Assembly (NCBI RefSeq): GCF_000284455.1
Contig: NC_017039.1
Coordinates: forward strand, 1,800,001-1,832,000
Length of the DNA: 32,000 nucleotides
Origin: Synechocystis sp. PCC 6803 substr. PCC-P
Lineage (GTDB): Bacteria; Cyanobacteriota; Cyanobacteriia; Cyanobacteriales; Microcystaceae
Direction of reading: 5' to 3'
The notes beneath the pieces were generated by a model. That model was given only the letters and a program-made list of their open reading frames with translations, ran no database searches and was not told the origin of the DNA. The position numbers and the translations under genes were made by a program. This document shows positions 1 to 10,773 of the stretch, piece after piece; positions within the stretch are counted from its first letter, which is position 1; each line of letters opens with the position of its first letter.

Positions 1-872
1 TAGCAGATAAAATCAACTCAGTTTCATCGCCTCAAGTGCCTCCCTTAAATTTGACCTATACCACTGACCAAGATCAGTACGAAACCATGGTCAATCAAGC
101 GAAACAATATATTAAAGCCGGAGATATTTTTCAAGCTAATTTAACACTACGTTTCATTGCTAAAACTGAGCAAAAGCTTAACAGTTGGCAGGTCTATCAA
201 CATCTACAAACTATCAATCCTTCTCCTTTCGCTAGTTACTGGCGATCGCCGTGGGGAGATGTGGTTAGTTGTTCTCCGGAAAGATTAGTTAAGTTAGAAG
301 GCAATGTGGCCCAAACTAGACCCATTGCTGGCACTAGGGCAAGGGGCAAAAATCTGGCGGAGGATGAACAATTATTGCAGGAGTTGCTGGTTAACACCAA
401 AGAGTTGGCAGAACATATCATGTTGGTGGATTTAGAACGCAATGACCTCGGCCGGGTCTGTACCTGGGGAACGGTGGAAGTAGATGAATTATTGGCGATC
501 GAGCGCTATAGCCATGTGTCCCATTTAGTTAGTAATGTAAAAGGCATTTTACAACCAGATAAAACCGGAGTAGATTTGGTCAAAGCTTTGTTTCCCGGTG
601 GCACCATTACCGGCTGTCCCAAAATACGTTGTTTAGAAATTATTGAAGAATTAGAACCAGTGCGGCGGAGTTTGTTTTACGGTTCCTGTGGCTACTGGGA
701 TCAACGGGGGAACTTAGATTTAAATATTCTCATTCGCACCCTGTTATTCACCTCTGGACAAGTGACAGGACAAGTGGGAGCCGGCATTGTGGCAGACAGT
801 GATCCCGCCAAGGAATGGTTAGAATCATTGCAAAAAGCCAAAGCTTTATTGGCGGCATTGGAGGGACTATAA
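1..872 (+). CDS. trpE: Anthranilate synthase component I / chorismate-binding enzyme, 3' portion (5' end outside window)
   Basis: Frame is open from the window edge; chorismate-binding domain motifs FASYWRSPWGDVVSCSPERLVKLE, PIAGTRARG, EHIMLVDLERNDLGRV, FPGGTITGCPKIRCLEIIEELEP, YGSCGYWD, GAGIVADSDP. The GTG at 36 given in the ORF track is probably internal. Confidence 0.88.
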   Translation, partial: ADKINSVSSPQVPPLNLTYTTDQDQYETMVNQAKQYIKAGDIFQANLTLRFIAKTEQKLNSWQVYQHLQTINPSPFASYWRSPWGDVVSCSPERLVKLEGNVAQTRPIAGTRARGKNLAEDEQLLQELLVNTKELAEHIMLVDLERNDLGRVCTWGTVEVDELLAIERYSHVSHLVSNVKGILQPDKTGVDLVKALFPGGTITGCPKIRCLEIIEELEPVRRSLFYGSCGYWDQRGNLDLNILIRTLLFTSGQVTGQVGAGIVADSDPAKEWLESLQKAKALLAALEGL

Positions 873-877
873 AAAAT

Positions 878-1708
878 ATGGGATTTTTCAAAGGCTTTAC
901 TTATCCACTCCGCACATTCAAAATTCTACGTGAAAGTCCAGGCTTATTAGTTTATATTATTATTCCTTTAATTATTAATATTAGCTTAGGTATTTTACTT
1001 TATTGGCAACTATTAAATCTAGGTAATGATAGCGTCGATATACTGCGTAATTATGCCCACGATTGGATTGAAATTTTAAACCGACGCATTCCCAAAGTAC
1101 TGCCCTACATCTTGCCGGTGCTAAAATTTATCTTTTTTCTTTATATCTGGCTAATACGCTTACTATTGCTAGTTATTGCGGGATTTTTACTTTCCCAGGT
1201 GGGAGGATTATTAGGTTCTCCTTGGTATAGCATCTTGTCAGAAAAGCTGGAAACAAAACTCCTAGGTAAATTAGCCATTCAGGAAGTGGGATTGTTACAG
1301 GACATCAAACGAGCTTTAGCCTTTGAATTGAAAAAAATAGTTTTATTAATTACTTTTACCATCATCGGTTTTGCCACCAACCTTCTGCCTGCATTTGGTA
1401 CTCCCCTAGCTGCAGTAGTGGGCATTAGCTCCACATCTTTATTAACTTGCCTAGATTTTTTTGACCCTCCCCTCGAACGCCGTCGTCTCAAATTTCGTCG
1501 TAAGTTACTATTGATTTTTCAATCTCTCCCCCTGAGCGCTGGCTTTGCCCTAGCAAGTTTAGTTTGGGTCAGCATTCCTCTGGTTAATTTAGTAACTATT
1601 CCTTTTTGTGTGACCGCTGGTACCTTATTTTTCTGCGAAGAAATTTACCCCCGGTTTTTCCAAGTCCAAGAAGAAATGGAGGCGGAGGTAAACAAGGGGG
1701 CGAATTAA
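878..1708 (+). CDS. EI24/CysZ-like multi-pass membrane protein
   Basis: Hydrophobic multi-TM ORF (GFTYPLRTFKILRESPGLLVYIIIPLIINI). The track start at 815 overlaps the upstream gene; ATG at 878 is in frame and more plausible. Confidence 0.7.
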   Translation: MGFFKGFTYPLRTFKILRESPGLLVYIIIPLIINISLGILLYWQLLNLGNDSVDILRNYAHDWIEILNRRIPKVLPYILPVLKFIFFLYIWLIRLLLLVIAGFLLSQVGGLLGSPWYSILSEKLETKLLGKLAIQEVGLLQDIKRALAFELKKIVLLITFTIIGFATNLLPAFGTPLAAVVGISSTSLLTCLDFFDPPLERRRLKFRRKLLLIFQSLPLSAGFALASLVWVSIPLVNLVTIPFCVTAGTLFFCEEIYPRFFQVQEEMEAEVNKGAN

Positions 1709-1769
1709 ATATTTATTTGCTAGTTCTTCTAGCTGATTTGATCATGATTTACCTAAGGAAAAAGAGTCC

Positions 1770-3170
1770 TTAAATTGCCCGAGAAAACATCTGTTGTTTG
1801 GATTTATTTTGTAGGTAAGTATCAAACACAGCGGCAATATTACGAATTAAAATTCGCCCCCGGGGGGTAACTTCCAAGCCATCCCCCAACCGACGGAGTA
1901 AACCATCCGCTTCCAGGACATCCAGGGCCGATAATTCCTTAGCAAAATAGTCGTTAAAATCACAGTCAAAGCCCAAATTATATTTGCTTTCTAATTCCTG
2001 GGCAGAGAGTTTAAATTGACACATTAATTCCTTGATTACAGTGCGACGAATTAAATCATCTTGACTTAGTTTAAACCCTTTTTCTATAGGCATTACTTCT
2101 CGGTCTAGGGCATTATAAAAAGCTTTTAATGTTTTATGATTTTGGGCATATACATCTTGCAACATACTGATGGAAGTGATGCCAAAACCCAATAAATCAG
2201 ACTCCGGTTGGGTAGTGTAACCCTGGAAGTTACGGTGTAATTCTCCCCGCCGTTGGGCGATCGCCAACTCGTCATCGGGTTTGGCAAAATGGTCCATGCC
2301 GATAAATACATAGCCTTGCTCGGTAAGGTCTGCAATGGTAGCTTGCATAATTTTCAACTTTTCCTCCGCTGGAGGAAGGGCTGATTCGGGCATTTTCTTT
2401 TGTACTGGCTTGAGCCAAGGCACATAGGCAAAATTAAACACGGCAATGCGGTCAGGATTAAGCTGAGCTGTTTTGCGTAAGGTTTCCCTGAATGTTGCTA
2501 GGTTTTGATGGGGCAAGCCATAAATTAAATCCACATTAACGCTGTCAAAATTAGCTTGACGAATCCAATCCATTACCTGAAACAACATTGCTTCCGGTTG
2601 AATACGATTAACTGCCTGTTGCACTTGGCTATTAAAGTCTTGGATTCCAAAACTAATGCGATTAAAACCTAGTTGACGTAGGGCAAAAATATAATCCTTA
2701 TCAACATAACATGGGTTAATTTCAATGGAAATTTCAGCATTTTCTGCCAATGGAAAAGCATCAGTAATAGTATTGAATAAAAATTCTGCTTGTTCCAGGG
2801 TTAAATAATTGGGGGTGCCCCCCCCCCAATGGAGTTGTTGCACCGGTCTTTGTTGATCAACTAAAGGAGCCACTAGGGCAATTTGCTTGGCTACTGCCTT
2901 TAGATAGGGGTCCACCGCTGGTTTGTGCTGGGTGATGATGGTATTACAACCGCAAAAATAACAAGCTTTAGCACAGAAAGGAATGTGACAATAAAGGGAC
3001 AAGGGCGTTTTTTTGTAGTTGCCCAGGTTAATAGCTGTCTGAAAATCACTAGGATCAAATTCTTTGTTTAGCTCTGTGGCAGGGGGATAGCTAGTGTAGC
3101 GGGGAATGCCTTGATTGTATTTGTTTAATAACTCAGCGCTAAACTCAACAGTAGGAAATGTGGTGGTCAT
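1770..3170 (-). CDS. hemN: Oxygen-independent coproporphyrinogen III oxidase (radical SAM)
   Basis: 466 aa; radical-SAM motif CAKACYFCGC (CxxxCxxCxC, typical of genuine HemN), LHWGGGTPNYL, INPCYVDKDY, ISFGIQDFN, VDLIYGLPHQ. Confidence 0.95.
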   Translation of the reverse strand: MTTTFPTVEFSAELLNKYNQGIPRYTSYPPATELNKEFDPSDFQTAINLGNYKKTPLSLYCHIPFCAKACYFCGCNTIITQHKPAVDPYLKAVAKQIALVAPLVDQQRPVQQLHWGGGTPNYLTLEQAEFLFNTITDAFPLAENAEISIEINPCYVDKDYIFALRQLGFNRISFGIQDFNSQVQQAVNRIQPEAMLFQVMDWIRQANFDSVNVDLIYGLPHQNLATFRETLRKTAQLNPDRIAVFNFAYVPWLKPVQKKMPESALPPAEEKLKIMQATIADLTEQGYVFIGMDHFAKPDDELAIAQRRGELHRNFQGYTTQPESDLLGFGITSISMLQDVYAQNHKTLKAFYNALDREVMPIEKGFKLSQDDLIRRTVIKELMCQFKLSAQELESKYNLGFDCDFNDYFAKELSALDVLEADGLLRRLGDGLEVTPRGRILIRNIAAVFDTYLQNKSKQQMFSRAI

Positions 3171-3430
3171 AAATTTAGATACTATCAGGATTATTTAAAT
3201 GAATTTTTATCGAAGTATTTAGAGAATTTTACAACTGTTTTCATCGCTGGGAAAATATTTTGCAAATTCTCTTGAATTAACTGAATATTGAGTTGCCAAA
3301 ATCAAGCAATAGTAAAAATATTGACAACTTAACTCACATTTGATTGTTTTTTATCTAGATTGTGTCTACATAAAATTGCAAAAGAGAGTATTAAATTGAA
3401 ATAAACACTCTCTTAATTTTCCCGTTTAAC

Positions 3431-4183
3431 CTATTCACCTACCATTAGGGTGATGGGATGACCAGCGGTACTGCGAGCCTCAGTACTGCCTGGACGATCC
3501 TGGCGAGTTAACAAGTCAAATGTGTGCTCACCGATCGCCGCTTTGATCAGGTCTTCGAGGTCATGCATAACTTCCCGATTGAGGGAAAAAGCATAATTGG
3601 CTTCTTCAACAATCCGGTTTATGGTGGCTTCATCTAAGGGCAAGCTGTTCAGCACATCCCGATAAATTTCCTTGAATTGACGGCGATCGCCTGGGGTAGG
3701 CAAACTGTCAAATTCGTACATGGCCGTGCCCTCTCCCTCCGGCAATTGTAAAGCGGAACGAATAATATTTTTCAGGCTTTGACCACCGGATAAGTCCCCT
3801 AGGTAACGGGTGTAACAATGGGCAATGAGTAGTTCCGGTTCACTTGCTGCAATAGTTTTGAGGCGATCGACATAAATTTTTGCACAGGGAGTAGGCTGGA
3901 TTATTTGTTGCCAATTAGGGCCGTAATAGTAGGTCAAATCTTCAGCTAATTTATCAGTGCGATTCAATTCTGGAAAATAAATTGCGCTAATAATTTCATT
4001 GTCCCGATGTTGGCGTAAAGCTGCTTCTAGGGCACTGTAAAGATAATACAAATTAGCTAATAATTGCCGAAATGGTTCCCGCTCTACAATGCCTTTTAAA
4101 AAGCATTTCATGTAGGCAGTGTTTTCTGCCAAAGTGTGGGATTGTTGGGTACCGTAGCGGAGTTTTTGTGCAAGGTTAGTCAT
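3431..4183 (-). CDS. ho2: Heme oxygenase 2
   Basis: MTNLAQKLRYGTQQSHTLAENTAYMKCFLKG with proximal-His region, and CYTRYLGDLSGGQSLKNI signature. ATG at 4183 preferred over the upstream track start at 4207. Confidence 0.93.
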   Translation of the reverse strand: MTNLAQKLRYGTQQSHTLAENTAYMKCFLKGIVEREPFRQLLANLYYLYSALEAALRQHRDNEIISAIYFPELNRTDKLAEDLTYYYGPNWQQIIQPTPCAKIYVDRLKTIAASEPELLIAHCYTRYLGDLSGGQSLKNIIRSALQLPEGEGTAMYEFDSLPTPGDRRQFKEIYRDVLNSLPLDEATINRIVEEANYAFSLNREVMHDLEDLIKAAIGEHTFDLLTRQDRPGSTEARSTAGHPITLMVGE

Positions 4184-4247
4184 GGTTTTACCAAAGGTAA
4201 TTAGCAATAATCAGCAAACAATTGGAGTAAGTTAAAAGTTGAATAAA

Positions 4248-5324
4248 TTAACACACCATCCCCCGACGGGCTTCGGCGTCCACTGGCTTTTGCAGGAATA
4301 TACAGATCATTTGCCAAATAATCACAGCAATCCACGGTGCCTTTTGGCAGAATTTGGCCAATTTCGGGGCTTCGCTGTTGGCGATCGCCGTTAGTTTTTC
4401 GTTAGCGCTGGCACAGGCTTCTAGGCGGGGGAAAAATTTAGGATTATCCGTGTCCAAAACTTCTGGAAAAGCTCTTGCTGCCGTTGCATTGGTATTTGTC
4501 ACCACATCCACGTTATATTGCTTAGCATCTAGCCCCACCGACTGATAAAAATCCGTCCGCTCAAACACGGTTAGAGTATGGGTAACAAACACCGTTAAGA
4601 GGAAAAAGCGGGACCAAAGTCGGGATTGCCAAGTTTTCCACAGGGCTGTTTGGGAACGGAGTAAAGCCTTGAAAAAATCTCCGTGGCGGTTTTCATCCTG
4701 ACACCAACACTCAAAATAGTTAAATAGGGGATAAATATTGTGGTCGGGATTCTTTTCTAAATGGCGAAACATTAAAATATAACGCCAATAACCAATTTTT
4801 TCTGATAAATAAACGGTGTAAATTACCCACTCTGGCGGGAAGAAAGTATAGGTTCTTTTTTGGGTTAAATAACGCAAATCGAGGGAAAGACCAAAATCCG
4901 CCATAGCTTTGTTAATAAAACCGGCATGGCGAGCCTCATCCCTAGCCAAAAGATGAAAAGCCTCTGCTAATTTGGGACTACGATTTTTGAGACGACGGGA
5001 CAACTCTTTAAATAGCAGAAAACCAGAAAATTCCGAGGTGCAGGACCGCTCTAAAAAGTCAATAAAGGCTAAACGGGTGGCCCCATCAATGTGGTCAAAA
5101 CTACGCTTGAAATCATCGTTACGCACAAAATGATAACGATTGTAATCGGCTCGCAATTCCTCCAACGCCGCTTCAATTTCCTCGTCCTGGAGGGTCAACA
5201 CCAGATTGGCAACTTTATCAAAATCGGTGGTGTAAAAACGGGGGGTAAGGAGAGTTTCCTTTACCGGAGCTTTAATGCCGGGGCGAATGGTTTCTAACTG
5301 AGTCGGTAGGGTAGTGGATACCAT
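4248..5324 (-). CDS. acsF: Aerobic Mg-protoporphyrin IX monomethyl ester (oxidative) cyclase, diiron type; chlAII-like
   Basis: 358 aa; diiron EXXH motifs (ARDEARHAGFINKAMADFG, CQDENRHGDFFKALL); opening VSTTLPTQLETIRPGIKAPVKETLLTPRFYTTDFD. Confidence 0.94.
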   Translation of the reverse strand: MVSTTLPTQLETIRPGIKAPVKETLLTPRFYTTDFDKVANLVLTLQDEEIEAALEELRADYNRYHFVRNDDFKRSFDHIDGATRLAFIDFLERSCTSEFSGFLLFKELSRRLKNRSPKLAEAFHLLARDEARHAGFINKAMADFGLSLDLRYLTQKRTYTFFPPEWVIYTVYLSEKIGYWRYILMFRHLEKNPDHNIYPLFNYFECWCQDENRHGDFFKALLRSQTALWKTWQSRLWSRFFLLTVFVTHTLTVFERTDFYQSVGLDAKQYNVDVVTNTNATAARAFPEVLDTDNPKFFPRLEACASANEKLTAIANSEAPKLAKFCQKAPWIAVIIWQMICIFLQKPVDAEARRGMVC

Positions 5325-5697
5325 CGTTAATTAACAGGAGAATCTTAAAAGGGATAAGGATTATGGCAAAAAGCCTAAAAGAAAATCAGGGTGAAAACCC
5401 AGGGAAAATTTTTGATGTTGCCTTTCATCCTGTCCAATTCCCCGGATCCTGACAAGACAGTTTCCATTGCTACCCCATAGTTTCCAAAGGGGAAAAATTA
5501 TTACCTGGCCTGGGTTTTGATTATTTGTAAAGAAATGCTAATGTCTGCAAGTTGAAGCCTCAGAGCCTATTTTAAGAACCCCCCTGGCCTCCAAATTTGG
5601 TGGAAAGCTAGATAAAATTTCCCCGGTATTCCTAGAGCTTTAGTGGTTCGATTGAGAGGAAAATTGAAACTTTACCAACAGATTCTGAATCGAAGTA

Positions 5698-5733
5698 ACA
5701 AAAAAACTGCCTGTGATTATTCTCACAAGCAGT
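5698..5733 (-). terminator. Rho-independent terminator, probably for the gene at 5899-6264
   Basis: Minus-strand ACTGCTTGTGA-GAATAA-TCACAGGCAGT followed by TTTTTT; 11-bp stem with one G:U. Confidence 0.8.
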
Positions 5734-5898
5734 GGAAGGGAATGGCACCCCCACAAATGGCTAGACCAAAGTTATGACTGATTTAGTTAAGACAGGGTAC
5801 GCTTTATGGACTGAAGTTACTTATCTAAAAGTTTTTATCAACCCCTGTTGCCCCTGATTTAGCCTAATTGAGTATAAAACAGTAAATCAATGAGGTTT

Positions 5899-6264
5899 TT
5901 AGCGTTTAACCTTAACTTGGCGAGCCATTTCCTTGAAACGATTCAAACTAGGGCCAGGGGTACGACGAGCAACATTTTGGGGAATGGGGTCACCACTAGC
6001 AAAGGCCACCTGGCTGGGATCAACTTTGGCCTTGGGAGCCGGGGCCACTGGAGCGGAGGCAGGAGTTTCCACTGGGGCAGCCGCTTTAGTAGCAGACTTT
6101 TTCTTAATGGAAGTTTTTTTCGAAGTGGTCGGAGCCGGTTTTTCCACCGGAGCTACCTCCGATTTTACGATCGCCACGTCGGCCTCTTCCACCTGGGCGG
6201 GGGCTTGGCTTTCATCTAACTGGACGTAAAATTCTTTTTTAGCGCCAAACAATTTTTTTAACAT
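5899..6264 (-). CDS. Uncharacterised small protein with A/P/K-rich low-complexity centre
   Basis: 121 aa ORF; MLKKLFGAKKEFYVQLDE at the N terminus, QNVARRTPGPSLNRFKEMARQVKVKR at the C terminus; flanked by a good terminator. Confidence 0.8.
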   Translation of the reverse strand: MLKKLFGAKKEFYVQLDESQAPAQVEEADVAIVKSEVAPVEKPAPTTSKKTSIKKKSATKAAAPVETPASAPVAPAPKAKVDPSQVAFASGDPIPQNVARRTPGPSLNRFKEMARQVKVKR

Positions 6265-6360
6265 TTTAATGTGGTTCTCCTAATTGGGCGGGATTTTATG
6301 GTGAATTGTGTACAAACTAATTGTGACTGAATTTTAACAAAAATAGGGCGCTGGAATTTC

Positions 6361-7752
6361 CTATGGCCAGTCAGCCCCGATTTGAATGGTAACGTCGGAA
6401 ATCAGATAACCATTGCTATCCACTAAAACTTCCCCCAGACCAATACTATTGCGTACTTGCCTGGCCCCCAAATGATCGCCTTGTTGAGCAATTACCCTGG
6501 TGGTTTGTAAGGGCGGGGAAAAGGCACTGACTACGTTGATGCGGCTATAACCGGCAGTCTCCAACTCTTTGACCAAAGCTTTCACTGCCTGGGGGCGATC
6601 AGTACTATCTTGGATGGCAATGCGGAGACCATAGGGGTCGAGGGCAGTTAAGTCTTCATCCATATCCCACAACCAAGAATTGGTGGCCATGGCCCCAAAA
6701 TATTCCTCGGTCATCGCTTGAATTTTTGGCTGGTGGGGTAGCCAGTAGCTAATACTAGTGCGGCCAGTGCCATTAAAATCCCCCGGCAACATCAACATTT
6801 TGACGTCTTCCCTAGGAATTTGTGCCGAAAAACCGGCGATCGCCACTAACTCCTCCATATTCAAGTTTGTGTCAATGTTGGACTGGAGAATTTTGACGAT
6901 GTCCGGTATCCGTAGAATCGTTTGGGGTTTGAGGGCCTGTTCCACCACCGCCCGCATTACTATTTGCTGTCTTTGAATCCGGCCAATATCCCCCAGAGCA
7001 TCGTAGCGAAACCGCAACATTTGTAGAGCCTTTTCCCCGTCTAGCCGCTGTTGCCCTTCCTTGAGATTAATGTACAAACGCTGGCTATCATCCTGATATT
7101 TCATATCCCGGGGCACATATACATCTACCCCCCCTAAGGCATCAATAAGTTTTTCCACCGCCTGTACATTCACCCGAATATAACGGTCAATGGGCACATC
7201 CCCAAGTAAATCAGTCACCGTCATGGCGGCCAAAGCCGGGCCCCCCAACGCATTGGCCTGGTTAATTTTTCTGGCACCGCTGTAGCCGGGAATTTCCACC
7301 CTAGTGTCCCGGGGAATGGATAGCACCACCAAGGATTTTTCCTTCGGGTCAAGGCGAATCAATACCATCGTATCGGTGAGGCCCTCCACCGAATTGACTA
7401 ACGCATGGTAGCCGGGATTGGGCTGACTGGGGTCCGGTTCTTCGGAGGTTAATACCTTGGTACCCAGCAGCAACACGTTAATGGGGCGGCTGAGTTGGGG
7501 GATATTGAGGTTCTTGTAGGAAACGGCCTTTTCCTGGCCAAATACCGCTGCCTGCTCCGGTGTAAGTTCGCTCTGGCCCAGGGGAGTCGAATACATGGCC
7601 AACAAAGATCCTGCCCCCGCCGACACTAAGGCGATCGCCGTTAGAGCAAAACCCGTTAATAACCACTTACCGCCCTGGAATTTCCCCTTTCGGGGGGATT
7701 TTTTGCCATTATGACTATCCCCACCCCGTTTATTAGAATTTTTAGCCATCAC
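6361..7752 (-). CDS. LytR-CpsA-Psr family cell-wall glycopolymer transferase with N-terminal TM helix and C-terminal LytR_C-like domain
   Basis: NVLLLGTKV...DTMVLIRLDPKEKSLVVLSIPRDTRVEIPGY...KINQANALGG...YIRVNVQAVEKLIDALGGVDVYV...GEKALQMLRFR; RVVS/GYL-type C-terminal repeat region. Confidence 0.92.
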   Translation of the reverse strand: MMAKNSNKRGGDSHNGKKSPRKGKFQGGKWLLTGFALTAIALVSAGAGSLLAMYSTPLGQSELTPEQAAVFGQEKAVSYKNLNIPQLSRPINVLLLGTKVLTSEEPDPSQPNPGYHALVNSVEGLTDTMVLIRLDPKEKSLVVLSIPRDTRVEIPGYSGARKINQANALGGPALAAMTVTDLLGDVPIDRYIRVNVQAVEKLIDALGGVDVYVPRDMKYQDDSQRLYINLKEGQQRLDGEKALQMLRFRYDALGDIGRIQRQQIVMRAVVEQALKPQTILRIPDIVKILQSNIDTNLNMEELVAIAGFSAQIPREDVKMLMLPGDFNGTGRTSISYWLPHQPKIQAMTEEYFGAMATNSWLWDMDEDLTALDPYGLRIAIQDSTDRPQAVKALVKELETAGYSRINVVSAFSPPLQTTRVIAQQGDHLGARQVRNSIGLGEVLVDSNGYLISDVTIQIGADWP

Positions 7753-7949
7753 CAGTTTGACCCTAAACTAACCATTGATATTTTTCTCCAATTGGTATGA
7801 CGTCCTTTGGTGCTCTAGGCGGGTCCCAAGGTAATAAGGTAATTGGATTGGATACTAGCAAAATCACCGCAGCATTGGCAAGAAAAATTTCTCTTCCCTA
7901 CCGCCATGGCTATGAACAAGCTTTTAAAGTAGTCAAAAAAAGACAAATA

Positions 7950-9974
7950 TTAATCATTTTTAGCAGAATTTAATTGAGCGTATTTAGGTAGTTTAATAGT
8001 AAAGCTAGAGCCCACTCCTATTTCACTAGTTAGATAGATATCCCCCCCCATCATCTGACAAAATTTTCGGGTAATAGCTAAACCTAAGCCAGTGCCACCA
8101 TATTTACGGGTCGTGGAGGAATCTGCCTGGGTAAAAGGTTGAAATAATTTCGACATTTGTTCTTCAGTCAGACCAATTCCCGTATCTTTTACCTGAAATG
8201 AAAGCCAGTCTTTTTCGTCAACTTTGAACTCCTCAACGATAAAACTAATAATCCCATCCTTGGTAAATTTACTGGCATTACTAAGCAGATTTAGTATCCC
8301 CTGCCGTAGCTTAATTAAATCCCCATAGACTTCTTCAGATTCCAGGGAAATTTCCACCTCTAATTTATTGTTATTGTTTTTAAGCAAGGGACTGATAGTA
8401 TCAAGAATGCCTGCGATCAATTCCTTGAGGTTAAATGTCTCCAAATAGAGTTCCATTTTTCCTGCTTCAATCTTGGAGATATCTAGTAAATCATTAATTA
8501 AAGCCAACAATGACTTACCAGAACGCAAAATTTTGTCCAAGTCTGGCACCAATTCTTCTGAATCTAAGTCTTCAGCTTCTTCAATTAACATTTCACTATA
8601 ACCAATGATGGCATTCAGGGGAGTTCTCAATTCGTGGCTCATATTAGCAAGAAAAATACTTTTCGTAGCATTGGCAGCTTCGGCTTCGGAACTGGCTAAT
8701 TCCAACGCCTTGACTGTATTTTCTAACTCCTCAGTTCTTTGTTGAACCTTTTCCTCTAAACAAGAATTAGCAACTGCTAATTGTTTTTGGGCTAGCTCCA
8801 ATTCCTGATTTTTTTTCTCTAAACTAGAATTGGATTCCCGCAACTCGTTGGTCATCAAATTAAAAGATTTGGCTAGAATACCCAGTTCATCTTCTCCTAG
8901 CACTGGAGCCCTAGCCTCCCGATCGCCGGAAGATATATCAATGGCGGCTTTAGTAATAAGCAAAATTGGTTTAGTTATTTTGATGGATAATAGATAAACC
9001 GCAATTAAAAGCAAAGCTGTGCTCACCAATCCCACTAACACTAACATGCGGGTAAATCGCCTAGCCAATTCCAGGGCTTCTACCTCACTAATTTCAGTAA
9101 TTAAAGCTAAATTATATTTTTCTATCCACTGGTACACCCCCAACACTGGTGTGCCAGCATAATTAACATAGCTACCCTGGCCACTATTGCCAGCCATTAC
9201 TGAATTGATTCCCAAGCTATTAAAATTTGGTTTGGAACCATTGGCCGTCAATTTTTTGTTTTCATCCGACGCAATAAACGAAACTTGATTATTTATTTCT
9301 CCTACCAAAAACGTTTCTCCCGTGTCTCCTAATCCAGTACGTTTGCGAATTAAATCATCAACGGCATTCAAATTAATATCTATACTCAAATAACCTAGTC
9401 TTTCCCGAGTTATATCATGCTTTATGTTAGTGGCAAAGGTCATACTAGGACGATTATAAACCTTAGAGAAATAGAAATTTGGCACTGTTTTAAAATTGGA
9501 ATTAATATTGGCAAAATAAGTGGTCTGGTTGCCAATGCCTTTATAGACGCCGATTTCATCCAAGTTATTAGAAGCCACCACAATACCACCGGTGTTGAGA
9601 ATATTAATGGCTTCAATATGAGGCAGAAACAGATCAATCTCTCGCAACTCTTCAATTAATCTCTTCTGAATTATTTTATATTGAGGGTCACTAACGCTAG
9701 TGTTTTTTAGCAATTCAGTATTTGCCTGAATACTGTTAATATCACTGAGTAAAAATAATGTATCTTTTTGTCCCTCCATCCATTGCTCTAATTGATATTC
9801 TTTGAGGTTATTAGAAATATTTAGACGATTAAAGGTTTGGCTTTCTATGCCCTTAACTGCCCTGTAGTTAGCAACTAAGAAAATTGACGCCACTACCACG
9901 CTGGAAAGACAAAAATAGGAAAGTACAAATTTAAGCAGTAAACTTCTTCGCACCGACTTAATAATTGAGACCAT
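7950..9974 (-). CDS. Membrane sensor histidine kinase: periplasmic Cache-like sensor, HAMP, HisKA, HATPase
   Basis: Two TM segments flanking an extracytoplasmic domain, HAMP region, H-box [23 protein letters not shown]-box [17 protein letters not shown] boxes [12 protein letters not shown] and [19 protein letters not shown]. Resembles Hik6 by memory. Confidence 0.93.
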   Translation of the reverse strand: MVSIIKSVRRSLLLKFVLSYFCLSSVVVASIFLVANYRAVKGIESQTFNRLNISNNLKEYQLEQWMEGQKDTLFLLSDINSIQANTELLKNTSVSDPQYKIIQKRLIEELREIDLFLPHIEAINILNTGGIVVASNNLDEIGVYKGIGNQTTYFANINSNFKTVPNFYFSKVYNRPSMTFATNIKHDITRERLGYLSIDINLNAVDDLIRKRTGLGDTGETFLVGEINNQVSFIASDENKKLTANGSKPNFNSLGINSVMAGNSGQGSYVNYAGTPVLGVYQWIEKYNLALITEISEVEALELARRFTRMLVLVGLVSTALLLIAVYLLSIKITKPILLITKAAIDISSGDREARAPVLGEDELGILAKSFNLMTNELRESNSSLEKKNQELELAQKQLAVANSCLEEKVQQRTEELENTVKALELASSEAEAANATKSIFLANMSHELRTPLNAIIGYSEMLIEEAEDLDSEELVPDLDKILRSGKSLLALINDLLDISKIEAGKMELYLETFNLKELIAGILDTISPLLKNNNNKLEVEISLESEEVYGDLIKLRQGILNLLSNASKFTKDGIISFIVEEFKVDEKDWLSFQVKDTGIGLTEEQMSKLFQPFTQADSSTTRKYGGTGLGLAITRKFCQMMGGDIYLTSEIGVGSSFTIKLPKYAQLNSAKND

Positions 9975-10157
9975 GGCTAAAAATTACTCATATACAATTA
10001 CTGAAGATTTTGGTGGAAATAACACCAGCATTTCCCCCATGGGTTAAATCAGCGAAGGAACATTTCTTGTCTGGGTGAATTTTGGGGGCTAAAGATAAAC
10101 AACCTGATGGGGAATAAAACAGGGCAACTATTGCTATAATTCTAACAACTGTTCAGT

Positions 10158-10529
10158 ATGGAATCTATGGCTAAGGTTCTCCTAGTTGAAGACAATGAAA
10201 TGAATCGCGACATGCTATCCCGTCGCTTGATCCGCAAAGGATACGAGGTGGTGATAGCCGTTGACGGTGAACAGGCTGTGACCATGGCTATCTCGGAGTC
10301 TCCCCAGCTTATTCTAATGGACATGAGTCTGCCGATCATTGATGGCTGGACTGCCACTAAGCAAATTAAAGGTCATCCCGATGGAGCTCACATTCCCATC
10401 ATTGCCCTGACCGCCCATGCCATGGCCAGTGACCGAGAAAGGGCGATCGCCGCCGGTTGTGACGACTACGATACCAAGCCGATTGAAATCAAGCGTCTGT
10501 TACAAAAAATGGAGGCATTGATTAATTGA
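10158..10529 (+). CDS. Stand-alone response regulator receiver (CheY-like)
   Basis: AKVLLVEDNEMNRDMLSRRL, LILMDMSLPIIDGW, PIIALTAHAM, GCDDYDTKPIE; no output domain. Confidence 0.94.
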   Translation: MESMAKVLLVEDNEMNRDMLSRRLIRKGYEVVIAVDGEQAVTMAISESPQLILMDMSLPIIDGWTATKQIKGHPDGAHIPIIALTAHAMASDRERAIAAGCDDYDTKPIEIKRLLQKMEALIN

Positions 10530-10773
10530 AGTGTTATTGATCTTTACTTTTTTGATCACCCAATTTATTAATAGTTTTCGTGAAATAATCCTTTGCCATT
10601 GGGAGCAACAAAAATTTAAAGGTGGTTATATTTTGAGTTAGCAATCATCTAGTCAGGGCATATCAAGGGTATTTAAGTTACCTAGGTCTGACAAAATTTG
10701 GGAATTATTAATTATCAGTAAAGGCTAAAATAATTCGTAAAACTAGGTTGATCAACTATAAGTTCTTTAATAA

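Noticed and set aside
5890-6229. Plus-strand ORFs (R/F/G-rich) antisense to the low-complexity protein gene
   Set aside because: Composition is explained by reading the A/P/K-rich codons in reverse; no RBS or domain; the minus-strand frame has a matching terminator.
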